NCBI GenBank assembly: GCA_965116885.1
Contig: OZ220741.1
Location: 4,800,001-4,864,000 of the forward strand
Reading direction: 5' to 3'
DNA from: Candidatus Latescibacterota bacterium
GTDB lineage: Bacteria > Latescibacterota > UBA2968
Length of the DNA: 64,000 nucleotides
The notes below the pieces were generated by a model, which ran no database searches, was not told the DNA's origin, and saw only the letters and a list, made by a program, of their open reading frames with translations. The translations under genes were made by a program, and so were the position numbers. How positions within the stretch are numbered: the stretch's first letter is position 1; the number at the start of each line of letters is the position of its first letter. Positions 19,169-29,439 of the stretch are shown one piece after another.

Positions 19169-20584
19169 TCACTGATATTGATCGCCCGGCGCGGGCAAGT
19201 ACGTTTTCGCAATCTCCGGATCGGTCTCTGTATCCTCAATCAGTTCCAAAAGCGCCCTGTGCAACCGCCTTGCTTCTTCTGAATTTTCGGCAATCACATT
19301 ATTTTCCTGACCGGGATCTTCCGGCATATAAAACAACTCATCCACGCGACGCTCTGGCATATTGCGGCAATCGTAGCGCTCAGTGCGAATCCGTTTGGGA
19401 CCTTTGTATTTGAGATCTTTATTCGGCCAATACACCAGTGTCCACGTACCATCGGTTATTGTAGCGGGCACAGTGCCCCAGCTATCATTCAAATTCCGTC
19501 CGCTAATTGCAAACTCCCGGTGTTGCACCGTCTTGCCCGACAAAACATCGGCAAATGATTCCCCCTGCACGCCATCGGGCACATCCAATCCCGCCAAACT
19601 GCAAAGCGTCGGAAATACATCCACCGGCTGCACCAGGCTATCCACCTGTTTGCCCGCCATCGCCCCATCCGGATGATACACCACGAACGGAATATGAATC
19701 ATCGGATCGTAAAGCTGCCCCCAATCTCCCCAGGGCTTGCCCTGCAAACCGTGGTCGCCAAAATAGTGCCCGTGATCTGCCATCAGCAAAAAAACCGTAT
19801 TCTCCTTCAAGCCCAACACATCTATCGTATCCCACAACATCCCCAACCACCGATCCGTCATCGTCACCTCAGCCGCGTACAGTGCGCGCACGTGATTGAG
19901 TTCCTCATCCGTCATGTAATTGCTGAACCCATAACACGGATAAATAAGCTCATCGCCTTCATAACCCGGATCGTACATATCCACATAATACTGCGGCGGA
20001 TCCCACGGCTCGTGCGGATCCCACGAATCAATCCACAGAAAAAACCCATCCTTCACATAATTCCGCTCCAGCCAGTGCATCGCCTCGGTAAACACGCGAG
20101 GTCCCAGATAATCCGATTCAAACAAACGCCCGCGCTGATTCGCCAGATAGCGCATCACCCCGGATTTTACTTTATCCTCACTGGCCGGCCATTTGATCTC
20201 CTGCAATGCATCGCTAATCCACGGCTCACCACCCTGCCCGCGAATCCACGAAATAGAACCAAATCCGCGATCCAGAAAATTGCCCTGGGTCATAAACATC
20301 GGCGTATCAAAAACCAGCCCTGTTGTATATCCTTCGCGACGAAAACGCTCGGCCATCGTGGGCAAATTCTGCTCCATTTTATCCCATGTATTAAACGGAT
20401 GTCCCCACCGTCCCGTAAACAAATCGCGTCGGCACGGCAGGGTTGGAAACGACCCCGAATACGCCTTTGAAAACACCAGCGACTCACGCGCGATGCGATC
20501 CATATTCGGCGTCCTTGCCCGGTCGCCATAAGCACCCACGTGATCTGCCCGCAACGAATCCAGCATGACACAAATAACGTTCAT
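19169..20584 (-). CDS. Sulfatase-like hydrolase with Thr at the nucleophile position
   Basis: Start MNVICVMLDSLRADH; SFPTLPCRRDLFTG; DPHEPW; ADHG. Confidence 0.85.
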   Translation of the reverse strand: MNVICVMLDSLRADHVGAYGDRARTPNMDRIARESLVFSKAYSGSFPTLPCRRDLFTGRWGHPFNTWDKMEQNLPTMAERFRREGYTTGLVFDTPMFMTQGNFLDRGFGSISWIRGQGGEPWISDALQEIKWPASEDKVKSGVMRYLANQRGRLFESDYLGPRVFTEAMHWLERNYVKDGFFLWIDSWDPHEPWDPPQYYVDMYDPGYEGDELIYPCYGFSNYMTDEELNHVRALYAAEVTMTDRWLGMLWDTIDVLGLKENTVFLLMADHGHYFGDHGLQGKPWGDWGQLYDPMIHIPFVVYHPDGAMAGKQVDSLVQPVDVFPTLCSLAGLDVPDGVQGESFADVLSGKTVQHREFAISGRNLNDSWGTVPATITDGTWTLVYWPNKDLKYKGPKRIRTERYDCRNMPERRVDELFYMPEDPGQENNVIAENSEEARRLHRALLELIEDTETDPEIAKTYLPAPGDQYQ

Positions 20585-20600
20585 ATATTTCTCCTCATCT

Positions 20601-21584
20601 TTAAATATGCCCAACGCCTCGCAACACAGCCTCTTGAACCAGCAACTCGTGTTCATAAGATCGATCCGGCGCGCACTCACCCCGAATAGCCGGTAAAAAC
20701 GCCTCCAATTCCAGATCGTACAAATCCTGCCGAGATTGCTGCGCCACATCGACAAATTGAACACCCGCTTCATACCCATCGCGCGCCTCGTCCAAACACA
20801 GACGGATTTTCTCCGCAGGCTCCATCGGCTCCATAATCGCACTCCCCTTTGTACCGTACACCTCAAACCGACGCGCATTGGGCCGCGGCTCCAGCGCCGC
20901 AATATCGACAATGGCAATTGCTCGCTCAAATTCAAAAATACCCACGCCATTATCGGTAAAACCCTCGACATCGAGCATATCTTCGCGCAAAAACGGCGTT
21001 ACGCGCTCGGGCCTACCCAAAAGATGGACAATCTGATCGAGCTGATGCCCGCACAAATCGAAAAACACCCCACCCTGATGCACCGCGACAACTTTTTTCT
21101 GCGCTCTACCCAAAAACGTGGACATATGCGCTCGAACCGCAAACACATCGCCCAACAAACCCGAATGCACCCACTCTGCGATCTTGCAATACCCATCGTG
21201 ATACCGAAACATGTACCCCATCTGAATCAACAAATCCCCCTCCCGTGCCCGCGCGATAATCCGCTGCCACTGATCCCAATTTTCCCCAGCGGGCTTGTCA
21301 TACCACACGTGCTTCCCCGCTTGAATAATGGCCTCTGTCTGATCCAGACTCTCGACATTTGCACCCTCTGATGCAACAGCCACAATTTCATCATCGTCCA
21401 GCATCTCCGCTTCCGACTCAAACCAATAAACGCCTTCGTAACGGCCCGATTGCGCCATCTCCTCTCGGCGACTCTCATCGGGCTCAAACACCCCAACCAC
21501 CTCCACCTCTGCATTGGTCTGCATCGACTGCAACTTTCCGGCTGCGTGACCGTGTTTTGTACCGTATTGCGCCATTTTAACCAT
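20601..21584 (-). CDS. Gfo/Idh/MocA family oxidoreductase
   Basis: AGKHVWYDKP, GYMFRY, DLCGHQLD, FEVYGTKG. Confidence 0.88.
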   Translation of the reverse strand: MVKMAQYGTKHGHAAGKLQSMQTNAEVEVVGVFEPDESRREEMAQSGRYEGVYWFESEAEMLDDDEIVAVASEGANVESLDQTEAIIQAGKHVWYDKPAGENWDQWQRIIARAREGDLLIQMGYMFRYHDGYCKIAEWVHSGLLGDVFAVRAHMSTFLGRAQKKVVAVHQGGVFFDLCGHQLDQIVHLLGRPERVTPFLREDMLDVEGFTDNGVGIFEFERAIAIVDIAALEPRPNARRFEVYGTKGSAIMEPMEPAEKIRLCLDEARDGYEAGVQFVDVAQQSRQDLYDLELEAFLPAIRGECAPDRSYEHELLVQEAVLRGVGHI

Positions 21585-21595
21585 AGCTCACCCTC

Positions 21596-22432
21596 CTAAA
21601 TGTCAACAAACCCTCGTTGTGCCCGTTCTTGTTCCGCCACATCCAGAATGCGTCGAATCAGCAAACTTTCCAGACGTGGTATATTCGCCTTCCCACTTTC
21701 AAAAAGATCCATAATCGCCCCGGTAGAACGCGGGAAAATCACCGCCCGGTCCACCTCCATATACCGCGTCTCCTCCGTCGTCGTCACAACAGCAGCCTGC
21801 GGCGTCCTGTGTTTTTCATTCAGATTGATCACCGCCGTTCGGTTGCCCGTAAAATCGATCAAAATCTGATTGTACTTCCCCTTACTCCGGCGCATCAGCC
21901 GTTTTGCCCTGGTCCCCATACAGCTTACCACAATTTCTGTCGGGTGAATACCATACTCATCAAAAGACCGCCCACTCTGCCAGACAACAAGATGTTTCAC
22001 TTTCCGAGGACCGACTTCCCGCACAAAATCCTGCACATTGCTATACCGCAGTGCAGACGAAGTCTGTATTGGAACGCGGTACTTATCTGCAAGCGCGAAT
22101 ATCTGTTGCGCTGTCTCGATATCGGGCGCAAAAGTCTTATCCACATAAGTCGCCTTGCCAAACGGAAAAATAGCCTCACACATAGCCAGATGGCGCTCTG
22201 GAGTCCTCGGTGCCAGAATGAGATAATAATCAACCGCATCGTTCAGAGCCTGAACATCTGGAAAATAGGGCACCCCATTTTCCTCTGCCCAGGCGAGACT
22301 CGATTTCTGGCGAATACCCGTACAACCCATCACCTCAAATCCCCGGTCCTTCAACTCATTCCTGAACGCACTCAAATACACATTTGCGTGAAAATTATTC
22401 AGATCGAGATCGTAAAAACCGACGCGTTTCAA
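21596..22432 (-). CDS. Gfo/Idh/MocA-like NAD-binding oxidoreductase
   Basis: TTG start after AAAGGAGG; GKATYVDKTFA, SSALRY, YGIH. Confidence 0.75.
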   Translation of the reverse strand: MKRVGFYDLDLNNFHANVYLSAFRNELKDRGFEVMGCTGIRQKSSLAWAEENGVPYFPDVQALNDAVDYYLILAPRTPERHLAMCEAIFPFGKATYVDKTFAPDIETAQQIFALADKYRVPIQTSSALRYSNVQDFVREVGPRKVKHLVVWQSGRSFDEYGIHPTEIVVSCMGTRAKRLMRRSKGKYNQILIDFTGNRTAVINLNEKHRTPQAAVVTTTEETRYMEVDRAVIFPRSTGAIMDLFESGKANIPRLESLLIRRILDVAEQERAQRGFVDI

Positions 22433-22458
22433 GCGGCGACCTCCTTTCAAAATAGGGA

Positions 22459-23964
22459 TTACCTCAACCCCAGCCGTACATACTGTTCCGGGGGCGCATC
22501 ACACGCTTCCATCCCCTGAATCAACAGATCCACCATTCGTTTTTCAACCTCCGGATCCTCCAGTGGCTTTTCCTGTTTTGGGTCCTGTTCCAAATCGTAT
22601 AACAAAGTCCCAAAATCATGGATTCTCAACAATCTGGGACTAAAACTCTTGCTATCCCGCCCAGTGTGAATCTTCAGCACCTCACACCCTTTGGTAAAAC
22701 TGAGCGGTTCGGAAAGCGCCATCTTGCCCACCAATTCCTCTGGGGCAAAATGAGACCGAATGTGGGTTGGCATCAACGTATATTCAAACAAAGGTTGATT
22801 TTCCCGGTCTGCCGCTGCCCGCATATACACATACCGCCCATCCGTCACATTGCCCTGATGCCCGTGCATCCCAAAAACCGCGGCCTCCCGCACCGCCGTA
22901 TCGTTATCCACCGCATCGCCAAGTGGTTTGCCAAGCATATCCACTGTCGGCTCCAAACCAAAAAAGTCCAGCAACGTCGGCCCCAGATCAATCGACGGCT
23001 GCACCAGTGCCTCCCGCCGTTCCCCTTTCTTACCACACCGCGGATCCCAGATAAAAAACGGTGTATGGGCCACTTCCTCATAAAAGGGCATCCACATCTT
23101 TGCCCAGCAATCGTGCTCACTCAGCAAAAACCCGTGATCGGTCCACACCGCCAGCAACGTATCTTCCCACATCTCCAATTCATCCATCAAATCCAGCACA
23201 TCGCCCAGTTTGGCATCGCACATCGCCAGCAACGAAGCATATTCAAACCGCATATGCTCAATTTGCTCCCGCGTCTCTTTCACCGGTTCATAGCTCGGCC
23301 AATCGTGCAACGGACCGTCGTAATCGCGATAATGTTCGGCGTAGAGATCCTTAAACTTGCGCTGGGAGAAAAACGGCTCGTGGGGATCAAATGTTTCAAT
23401 CTGCAAAAACCAATGGTCTTCCGTATAGTTCCGCCGAATAAAATCAATCCCCGCCTCAAACGTCTTCGACTGGGGTTGATCTTCTTCTCGCCGCATAAAC
23501 TGCCGATTGATCAAATCCTGCCGGGACAGGTCATCCTCGCCCGAATTTCGCCCATACGTATTTTCCGTAGAAGGATCTGCCACCTGCCCCTTCCACAGAT
23601 CTCCTTCCTGCCCCCTGAAAAACTGCCAGGTGCTATACTGGGTGTGATACGTACACCCGCCATCTTCCCAATAATGCTGATGATCGCTCACCAGATGGCT
23701 CGAAATACCATGCTCCTGTAACATGCGGGGCACCGAATCGTCAAATGGCTCCAGCGGGCCCCAGGAACGATGCAAAAAATTGGGCCGCCCCGTATGAAAA
23801 TCCCGCCTGGCCGGCATACACGGCATCGAACACACATAAGATCTGTCAAACGTCACCGCGCGCTCTGCCAACCGTTTAAAATTTGGCGTATGCGTCCAAT
23901 CACACCCATAGGGCGACAACAGATGTCGATTTAGTGAATCAAACATCACCACAACTGCCTTCAT
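22459..23964 (-). CDS. Cys-type sulfatase, no signal peptide
   Basis: Start MKAVVVMFDSLNR; CMPARRDFHTG; FDPHEPF; TDHG. Confidence 0.92.
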   Translation of the reverse strand: MKAVVVMFDSLNRHLLSPYGCDWTHTPNFKRLAERAVTFDRSYVCSMPCMPARRDFHTGRPNFLHRSWGPLEPFDDSVPRMLQEHGISSHLVSDHQHYWEDGGCTYHTQYSTWQFFRGQEGDLWKGQVADPSTENTYGRNSGEDDLSRQDLINRQFMRREEDQPQSKTFEAGIDFIRRNYTEDHWFLQIETFDPHEPFFSQRKFKDLYAEHYRDYDGPLHDWPSYEPVKETREQIEHMRFEYASLLAMCDAKLGDVLDLMDELEMWEDTLLAVWTDHGFLLSEHDCWAKMWMPFYEEVAHTPFFIWDPRCGKKGERREALVQPSIDLGPTLLDFFGLEPTVDMLGKPLGDAVDNDTAVREAAVFGMHGHQGNVTDGRYVYMRAAADRENQPLFEYTLMPTHIRSHFAPEELVGKMALSEPLSFTKGCEVLKIHTGRDSKSFSPRLLRIHDFGTLLYDLEQDPKQEKPLEDPEVEKRMVDLLIQGMEACDAPPEQYVRLGLR

Positions 23965-23980
23965 ATCTCCTCCTATTGGT

Positions 23981-24799
23981 TCAAATCCCCACTTCCAAAC
24001 GATGGGTTGTATCCACAACCGGATCATCTCCCTCAATAAACCGCGCCATAGTATTGTGTGTCGCCGGTCGAGTTTTGAAATCCGCAATCCACGGCTGCCT
24101 GAAATAAGCCTGTTTTTCACGGGGCAAATTTTCCAGCACCACCGGTGGAATATTCAACCGGTGCCAGTGCGTCGCCAAATGCGAATACGCGTGCAAAATC
24201 GTCACCCGGGGCGTATCGCGCTGCCACACAGGACCTGCGTGACACACATTTTCCGTAAAAAATAGCGCGCTCCCCGGCGGGCATTCATACGTCACCAAAA
24301 ACGGACTGCGCTCCCCCTCCTTCAACGACAAATGCGCCTTGTGCATTGGGAAATTGGCCTTGTGACTCCCCACAATAAAATGGGTACCCCCATCCCCTTT
24401 ATTCACCCCCGACAGTTCAAAAATCACCCGAACCATCCCCGCATGGATGCGCCCATTTTGAACCCGATACCCAAAAATCGGATCGATCTGCCCCCGCGCC
24501 CCTCCGTGCAATTCACCATGTGACTGGCCCTTCTTTCTCCAAACACACCCGGCTGCCTCCAGCCGAATCTCCGGCCCGATAATCTCGTGCAAAACATCGA
24601 TCACTTTTGGATGATCAATCAACACACTCGCCGGTCCACCTGGCACGGCCCGATGTTCGGGAGGCAAAGATTCGGGATTGTGCTTAATCCGATCAATCTG
24701 ATCTACAATCGCCGCCACTTCACCTTTCGATAAAATCGCCGGACGAACCAGAAACCCCGTCAAATCAAATCTAAATCTCTCCTCTTCGCTCAAACCCAT
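23981..24799 (-). CDS. PhyH-like protein, HxG variant (paralog of 15947-16735)
   Basis: Start MGLSEEE; ELHGG; GGTHFIVGSHK; CPPGSALFFTENVCH. Confidence 0.8.
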   Translation of the reverse strand: MGLSEEERFRFDLTGFLVRPAILSKGEVAAIVDQIDRIKHNPESLPPEHRAVPGGPASVLIDHPKVIDVLHEIIGPEIRLEAAGCVWRKKGQSHGELHGGARGQIDPIFGYRVQNGRIHAGMVRVIFELSGVNKGDGGTHFIVGSHKANFPMHKAHLSLKEGERSPFLVTYECPPGSALFFTENVCHAGPVWQRDTPRVTILHAYSHLATHWHRLNIPPVVLENLPREKQAYFRQPWIADFKTRPATHNTMARFIEGDDPVVDTTHRLEVGI

Positions 24800-24964
24800 A
24801 GCGGAATCCTTTCTCACAAGAGCAATCTGTTTTGATATATCACCATTAGAATATAACGCCATCCAACCGAAGTCAAACGAGATAACTCTGCCTTGACTTC
24901 CCAATTTCAAATCCCTAACATACAATTGCTTTTGATCCATCATAGTGAGAGACAACAAAAGACC

Positions 24965-26137
24965 ATGAAAACAGATTACGAATACATCGTCCTCGGTTGT
25001 GGGGGCATCGGCAGTGCAACAGCGTATTGGCTCTCGCGCCGAAAAAGCAAAGACGTCCTGGGCATAGAACAATTTGAACACGGTCATCACCACGGCGGCT
25101 CTCAGGATCACTCGCGCATCATCCGCCTGACCTATTACTACCCCCAATATATCCGCCTAGCACCCGCCTCGTACACCGCCTGGCATACGCTCGAAGAGGA
25201 ATCCAGCGTCCAGATGGTCTTCAAAACGGGTAGCATCCAATTTTCACCCGTCGATCATCCCTACCGATATGAAATCGACAAATACACGGGCGCAATGAAT
25301 GAAACAGGTGTTCCCTACGATCGCGTTGACGCCGATGAAATCGCGAAACGCTTTCCGCAATTCCGTCTAAAATACGAAGTCGATGGTATCTATCAGGCCG
25401 ATACCGGATTGGTAGATGCAAGCCGGGGAAATGCGACCCATGTAGCCATGGCGCGTTATCGCGGTGCCACCATCCTGGACAACTGTGAAGCCACGCGCAT
25501 TCGCCCAACCAACACCGGTGTCACAATCGAAACCAAACAGGGCAATTTCTCATGCCGCAAACTCATCGTCACAGCCGGTGCCTGGACAGATCGCCTGCTC
25601 GCCAGCGTGAACATAGATCTTTCTCTCACCGTAACCCAGGAGCAAGTCACATACTACGCCACGCCAAACCTGCCGGACTTTGCCATTGGGAAATTCCCCA
25701 TATTCATCTCTCATGCCGACGAATCTATCTACGGATTCCCCATCTATGGCGAAGTCGCCACCAAAGTCGGCATTGACGCATCAGGTCCCGCAGTAACAAC
25801 CGATACGCGCACCTATGACCCCGATGCCGAACGCGAACGTCGCCAGGAAGCCTGGCTCAAAGAAAATATCCCCGGATTCCTCGGCCCAAAGCTCTATACC
25901 AAAACCTGTCTCTACACAATGCCCAAAGATCGCCATTTCGTAATCGATACACTCCCCGAGCATCCCCAGATCATCGTCTGCGTAGGCGCCGGGCATGCGT
26001 ACAAATTCTCTGGCATCCTGGGCAAAATCCTCAGCGAACTCGCCATTGATGGGCACACGGATTATCCGATAGAACCTTTTGCACTACAACGCGACGCCAT
26101 CACTGATCCCAATTTTAAACCCGTCTTCCGAATGTGA
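24965..26137 (+). CDS. Monomeric sarcosine oxidase / N-methyl-L-tryptophan oxidase family flavoprotein
   Basis: Start MKTDYEY; GCGGIGS, GGSQDHSRIIR, KTCLYT (covalent-FAD Cys), GHAYKF. Confidence 0.9.
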   Translation: MKTDYEYIVLGCGGIGSATAYWLSRRKSKDVLGIEQFEHGHHHGGSQDHSRIIRLTYYYPQYIRLAPASYTAWHTLEEESSVQMVFKTGSIQFSPVDHPYRYEIDKYTGAMNETGVPYDRVDADEIAKRFPQFRLKYEVDGIYQADTGLVDASRGNATHVAMARYRGATILDNCEATRIRPTNTGVTIETKQGNFSCRKLIVTAGAWTDRLLASVNIDLSLTVTQEQVTYYATPNLPDFAIGKFPIFISHADESIYGFPIYGEVATKVGIDASGPAVTTDTRTYDPDAERERRQEAWLKENIPGFLGPKLYTKTCLYTMPKDRHFVIDTLPEHPQIIVCVGAGHAYKFSGILGKILSELAIDGHTDYPIEPFALQRDAITDPNFKPVFRM

Positions 26138-26138
26138 T

Positions 26139-26870
26139 ATGCCTGACAATATCCTGCGTCTAAACATGTGGAGCGGTCCCCGCAATGTCTCAACCGCCCT
26201 CATGTACTCATTCGCACAGCGGTCAGACACCCGCGTAATCGACGAACCCCTCTACGGCCATTATCTGCGCGTGTCTTCTGCCGCACACCCTGGCGCAAAC
26301 GAAGTCATGTCCGACCTGGAATGCCATGGCGAAACCGTCATCCGCGATATCATCCTCGGTCCCTGTGATCGCCCTGTGCTCTTCATGAAACAGATGGCTC
26401 ACCACCTCGTCGAAATAAGTCGCGACTTTTTTGCACACACCCACAATGTCCTGCTCACGCGCGACCCCGTTGACATGTTGCCCTCACTCGTCAACCAGCT
26501 CAAAATCCCCACCCTGCGCGACACGGGCTACAAAATGCAAGCCCAACTCCTGAGCGAGTTTCACGCCATAGGTCAAAAATACCCCGTACTCGATTCCCGA
26601 GAACTCCTCAAAAATCCACAGCATGTCCTCACAAAACTCTGCGACGCCCTGAACATACCCTTTGACCCCGCAATGCTCACCTGGAAATCCGGACCTCGCC
26701 CCGAAGACGGAATATGGGCGAAACACTGGTATCACAACGTCCACAAATCCACCGGCTTTCAACCCTATCGCCCCAAAACCGAACCCTTTCCCGATCGTTT
26801 GCGCCCGCTCCTCGAAGAATGCCAACCCTATTACGACCAGCTTTATGCTCAGGCAATTAAGGTGGAATGA
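26139..26870 (+). CDS. Sulfotransferase-like P-loop protein
   Basis: WSGPRNVSTALMYSF, DEPLYGHYL, KQMAHH, DGIWAKHWY. Confidence 0.8.
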   Translation: MPDNILRLNMWSGPRNVSTALMYSFAQRSDTRVIDEPLYGHYLRVSSAAHPGANEVMSDLECHGETVIRDIILGPCDRPVLFMKQMAHHLVEISRDFFAHTHNVLLTRDPVDMLPSLVNQLKIPTLRDTGYKMQAQLLSEFHAIGQKYPVLDSRELLKNPQHVLTKLCDALNIPFDPAMLTWKSGPRPEDGIWAKHWYHNVHKSTGFQPYRPKTEPFPDRLRPLLEECQPYYDQLYAQAIKVE

Positions 26871-26919
26871 TTTGCCCAATGGGATACTGTTCCATCAGGC
26901 ACAGGAGCAAGTCCTTGGG

Positions 26920-26978
26920 ATGAACTGCTGGCGCAGTTGTATATCGTCCCGTTGATTCGTCTATTCGTTGATTCGTCC
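26920..26978. repeat. REP-like element copy 3 plus octamer array
   Basis: ATGAACTGCTGGCGCAGTTGTA, then CGTTG ATTCGTCT ATTCGTTG ATTCGTCC. Confidence 0.45.
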
Positions 26979-26990
26979 AAAGGAGTCCCC

Positions 26991-27893
26991 GTGTCTATCC
27001 AATTACCCGATCCCCGAAACGAAAACATCCTCATCCACGTCAGCGGAGAACTGCTCCCGCGCGAAGACGCCAAAATATCCGTCTTTGACAGCGCAGTCCA
27101 GGGCGGCGATGCCGTATGGGAGGGCCTGCGCGTGTACAACGGTAAAATCTTCCAACTCGACGCGCACCTCGACCGCCTCTTCGACTCTGCCAAAGCCCTG
27201 GCCTTTGCGGATATCCCCTCTCGTGAAGCGATCAAAACCGCCATCTTTGAAACCCTCAAAGCCAACAACATGCGCGATGAAGTGCATATCCGGCTCACGC
27301 TCACGCGGGGAAAAAAAACCTCATCGGGCATGAGTCCGCACTTTAATCAATACGGCTCCTGCCTCATTGTGCTACCAGAATGGAAACCCCCTGTTTATTC
27401 CCCAGACGGCATCCGCCTGATCACCGCCTCTGTTCGCCGCAATCCGCCCATGTGCATCGACTCCAAAATCCATCACAACAATTTGATCAACAACATCCTC
27501 GCCAAAATCGAAGCCAATGTCGCAGGCGTTGATGACGCGATCATGCTCGACATCTTCGGATATGTTTCCGAAACCAATGCCACCAATATCTTCATAATAA
27601 AAAAAGGGGCACTCATCACGCCCCACGCGGATTCCTGCCTACCCGGCATAACAAGAGGTGTAGTAATCGATCTCGCACGCGACTTGGGCATCGAAGTTAC
27701 CGAACGCAACATATCACTTACCGAAGTCTATACCGCAGACGAAGGTTTTACCACGGGCACCATGGGCGAACTCTCACCCATCCTCGAAGTAGATGGCCGC
27801 ACCATCGGCAACGGCAAACCCGGTCCCATCACCAACCGCCTGCGCGAACAATACGCCCAACACACCGCCGAACAGGGCGATCCCATTCCTTAG
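26991..27893 (+). CDS. Class IV aminotransferase (branched-chain/D-amino acid aminotransferase-like)
   Basis: GTG after AAGGAG; GGDAVWEGLR, HLDRL, SETNATN, LPGITR, ADEGFTTGT. Confidence 0.9.
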   Translation: MSIQLPDPRNENILIHVSGELLPREDAKISVFDSAVQGGDAVWEGLRVYNGKIFQLDAHLDRLFDSAKALAFADIPSREAIKTAIFETLKANNMRDEVHIRLTLTRGKKTSSGMSPHFNQYGSCLIVLPEWKPPVYSPDGIRLITASVRRNPPMCIDSKIHHNNLINNILAKIEANVAGVDDAIMLDIFGYVSETNATNIFIIKKGALITPHADSCLPGITRGVVIDLARDLGIEVTERNISLTEVYTADEGFTTGTMGELSPILEVDGRTIGNGKPGPITNRLREQYAQHTAEQGDPIP

Positions 27894-27982
27894 GGCCGCA
27901 TAAAAAATACAAAAGACCAACGTACAAACGTCGGCCTTTTGTCATTTGAGCTATTGGTATTGTTGATTAGATCAAAACATCT

Positions 27983-28561
27983 TCAAATCTCCCAGTTCGA
28001 AGTATAAGACCGGTCCTGGAGTCGCTCTGCAAGTTCAATTAGCACATCCAGCGATTTATACAATCTCGCCTTCCTCTTGTCGTCGAGTTCACCGTCCTCA
28101 ACCCAATTGGCATCGTGAACATACACGTTATACGGGCTGATAATACACTTGAAATCCAGCATAAGGGACGTTGCCAGCGACGCAAACGCCATATAGCTGT
28201 GCGGCAATCCACCCGCATTGACAAACATGACAATTTTATCGTAGAAAGCTCCTCTGAGAGAACCGTCTGGTGGGGTAGAGCCTATATACTCGACAAATTT
28301 CTTGAGTTCCGAACAACACGCCCAATTGTACACTGGGCTGGCCAATATTACAGCATCTGCGGCAGCTATGACTCTGTGGCACGATAAGTAAACCTCTGAT
28401 GAATAGATCTCATCGTCATCAAAATTTGGTGGGTCAAATTGCCGAAGATCGAGAAAGTCAACAGAAATACCCTTGTCCTCCAGAGCGGTTTGGCACATGG
28501 CAGCGAGCACCCTACTGCGACTATCGGTATTGAGACTACTACTGACGACTGAAATTTTCAT
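27983..28561 (-). CDS. NADPH-dependent FMN reductase (flavodoxin-like)
   Basis: SSSLNTDSRS P-loop; ADAVILASPVYN..LKKFVE. Confidence 0.85.
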   Translation of the reverse strand: MKISVVSSSLNTDSRSRVLAAMCQTALEDKGISVDFLDLRQFDPPNFDDDEIYSSEVYLSCHRVIAAADAVILASPVYNWACCSELKKFVEYIGSTPPDGSLRGAFYDKIVMFVNAGGLPHSYMAFASLATSLMLDFKCIISPYNVYVHDANWVEDGELDDKRKARLYKSLDVLIELAERLQDRSYTSNWEI

Positions 28562-28846
28562 CTGGATTTTTCTCCAAAGCATAGTGTCGATATGTTATGT
28601 GTAAAAAAATAGCTTCTTTGTAATCCCAATACATCGTCATCAAGTACAAAAATAACCTGTTCTTTTGGACAGGTTATTGAAGCCTGAAAAACACTTTTTT
28701 TATTAACTGACGTCCATGTAAGTCGTACTGAAAGCAGGTGTGTAGCCCGAATACGACCATCATCAGAATCCTACCGCTTCGCCTTCCTTCGCAGGAACTG
28801 GCGAGCGAAAGACACATAGAAACGACTCTCACTGCTGAACCGCATA

Positions 28847-29380
28847 TCAGACAGACTCGATACGTTCCCAAAAGTGGAGATAATCAGATGAACTAACACC
28901 AACATTTTCGATATTGAAGTTCGCACGCACACGCCCGTGGATATCGAAAGCGTACCATCTCAAACCGTCTGTAAGAATACCGACACGGGCGCGAAGGACC
29001 TCGCAGTAACGCAACACTTGGTAAACTCCATCAGACCAATAATAGCGACGCCTGACAGGAAGTCCGTGCGTTCTGGACAGCAGATCGTTACCGGGGCGTT
29101 TGGCTTCGATGACTATCCTTCCCCAGAGAAAACCAAGAAAGTAATCCGCTCGAATATCTTTGTAGTGATATTCTTGGCGAATCTCAAAGGGTGAACGAAA
29201 GAATGACGGGTCGAGAAGCGGGTCAATGAAGTATTTGCGGGTAGTGCCTTCGTCTCGAAACTCTGGCATAGACAACGCCCAATGGCGTGGGCGCCAATGA
29301 TACGAGCAATACGCCTTCTGGAATCGCACACGACCAGCAAGTGCGCGAATCGTTTGATGAAGATTGTAGTGATCAATCAC
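28847..29380 (-). CDS. Stand-alone type I restriction R N-terminal (HSDR_N-like) PD-(D/E)xK nuclease domain
   Basis: E..TR..FIDPLL, EY..RADY, VIEAKR, QVLRY, GILTDGLRW. Confidence 0.7.
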   Translation of the reverse strand: MIDHYNLHQTIRALAGRVRFQKAYCSYHWRPRHWALSMPEFRDEGTTRKYFIDPLLDPSFFRSPFEIRQEYHYKDIRADYFLGFLWGRIVIEAKRPGNDLLSRTHGLPVRRRYYWSDGVYQVLRYCEVLRARVGILTDGLRWYAFDIHGRVRANFNIENVGVSSSDYLHFWERIESV

Positions 29381-29439
29381 TTCTCACCTTAAGATAAAGC
29401 CCGGGAGCAATCACCCTTGGGCAAGGCGAACTACAGTTG

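Noticed and set aside
19169..25147. Long N-terminal extensions in the ORF track (starts 20971, 24120, 25147; likewise 9848, 44051, 47060, 58950)
   Set aside because: They overlap neighbouring genes; internal starts with RBSs or family-typical N-termini fit better
28674..28871. 65-aa ORF and a nested 24-aa basic ORF after the nuclease gene
   Set aside because: No RBS or recognisable motif
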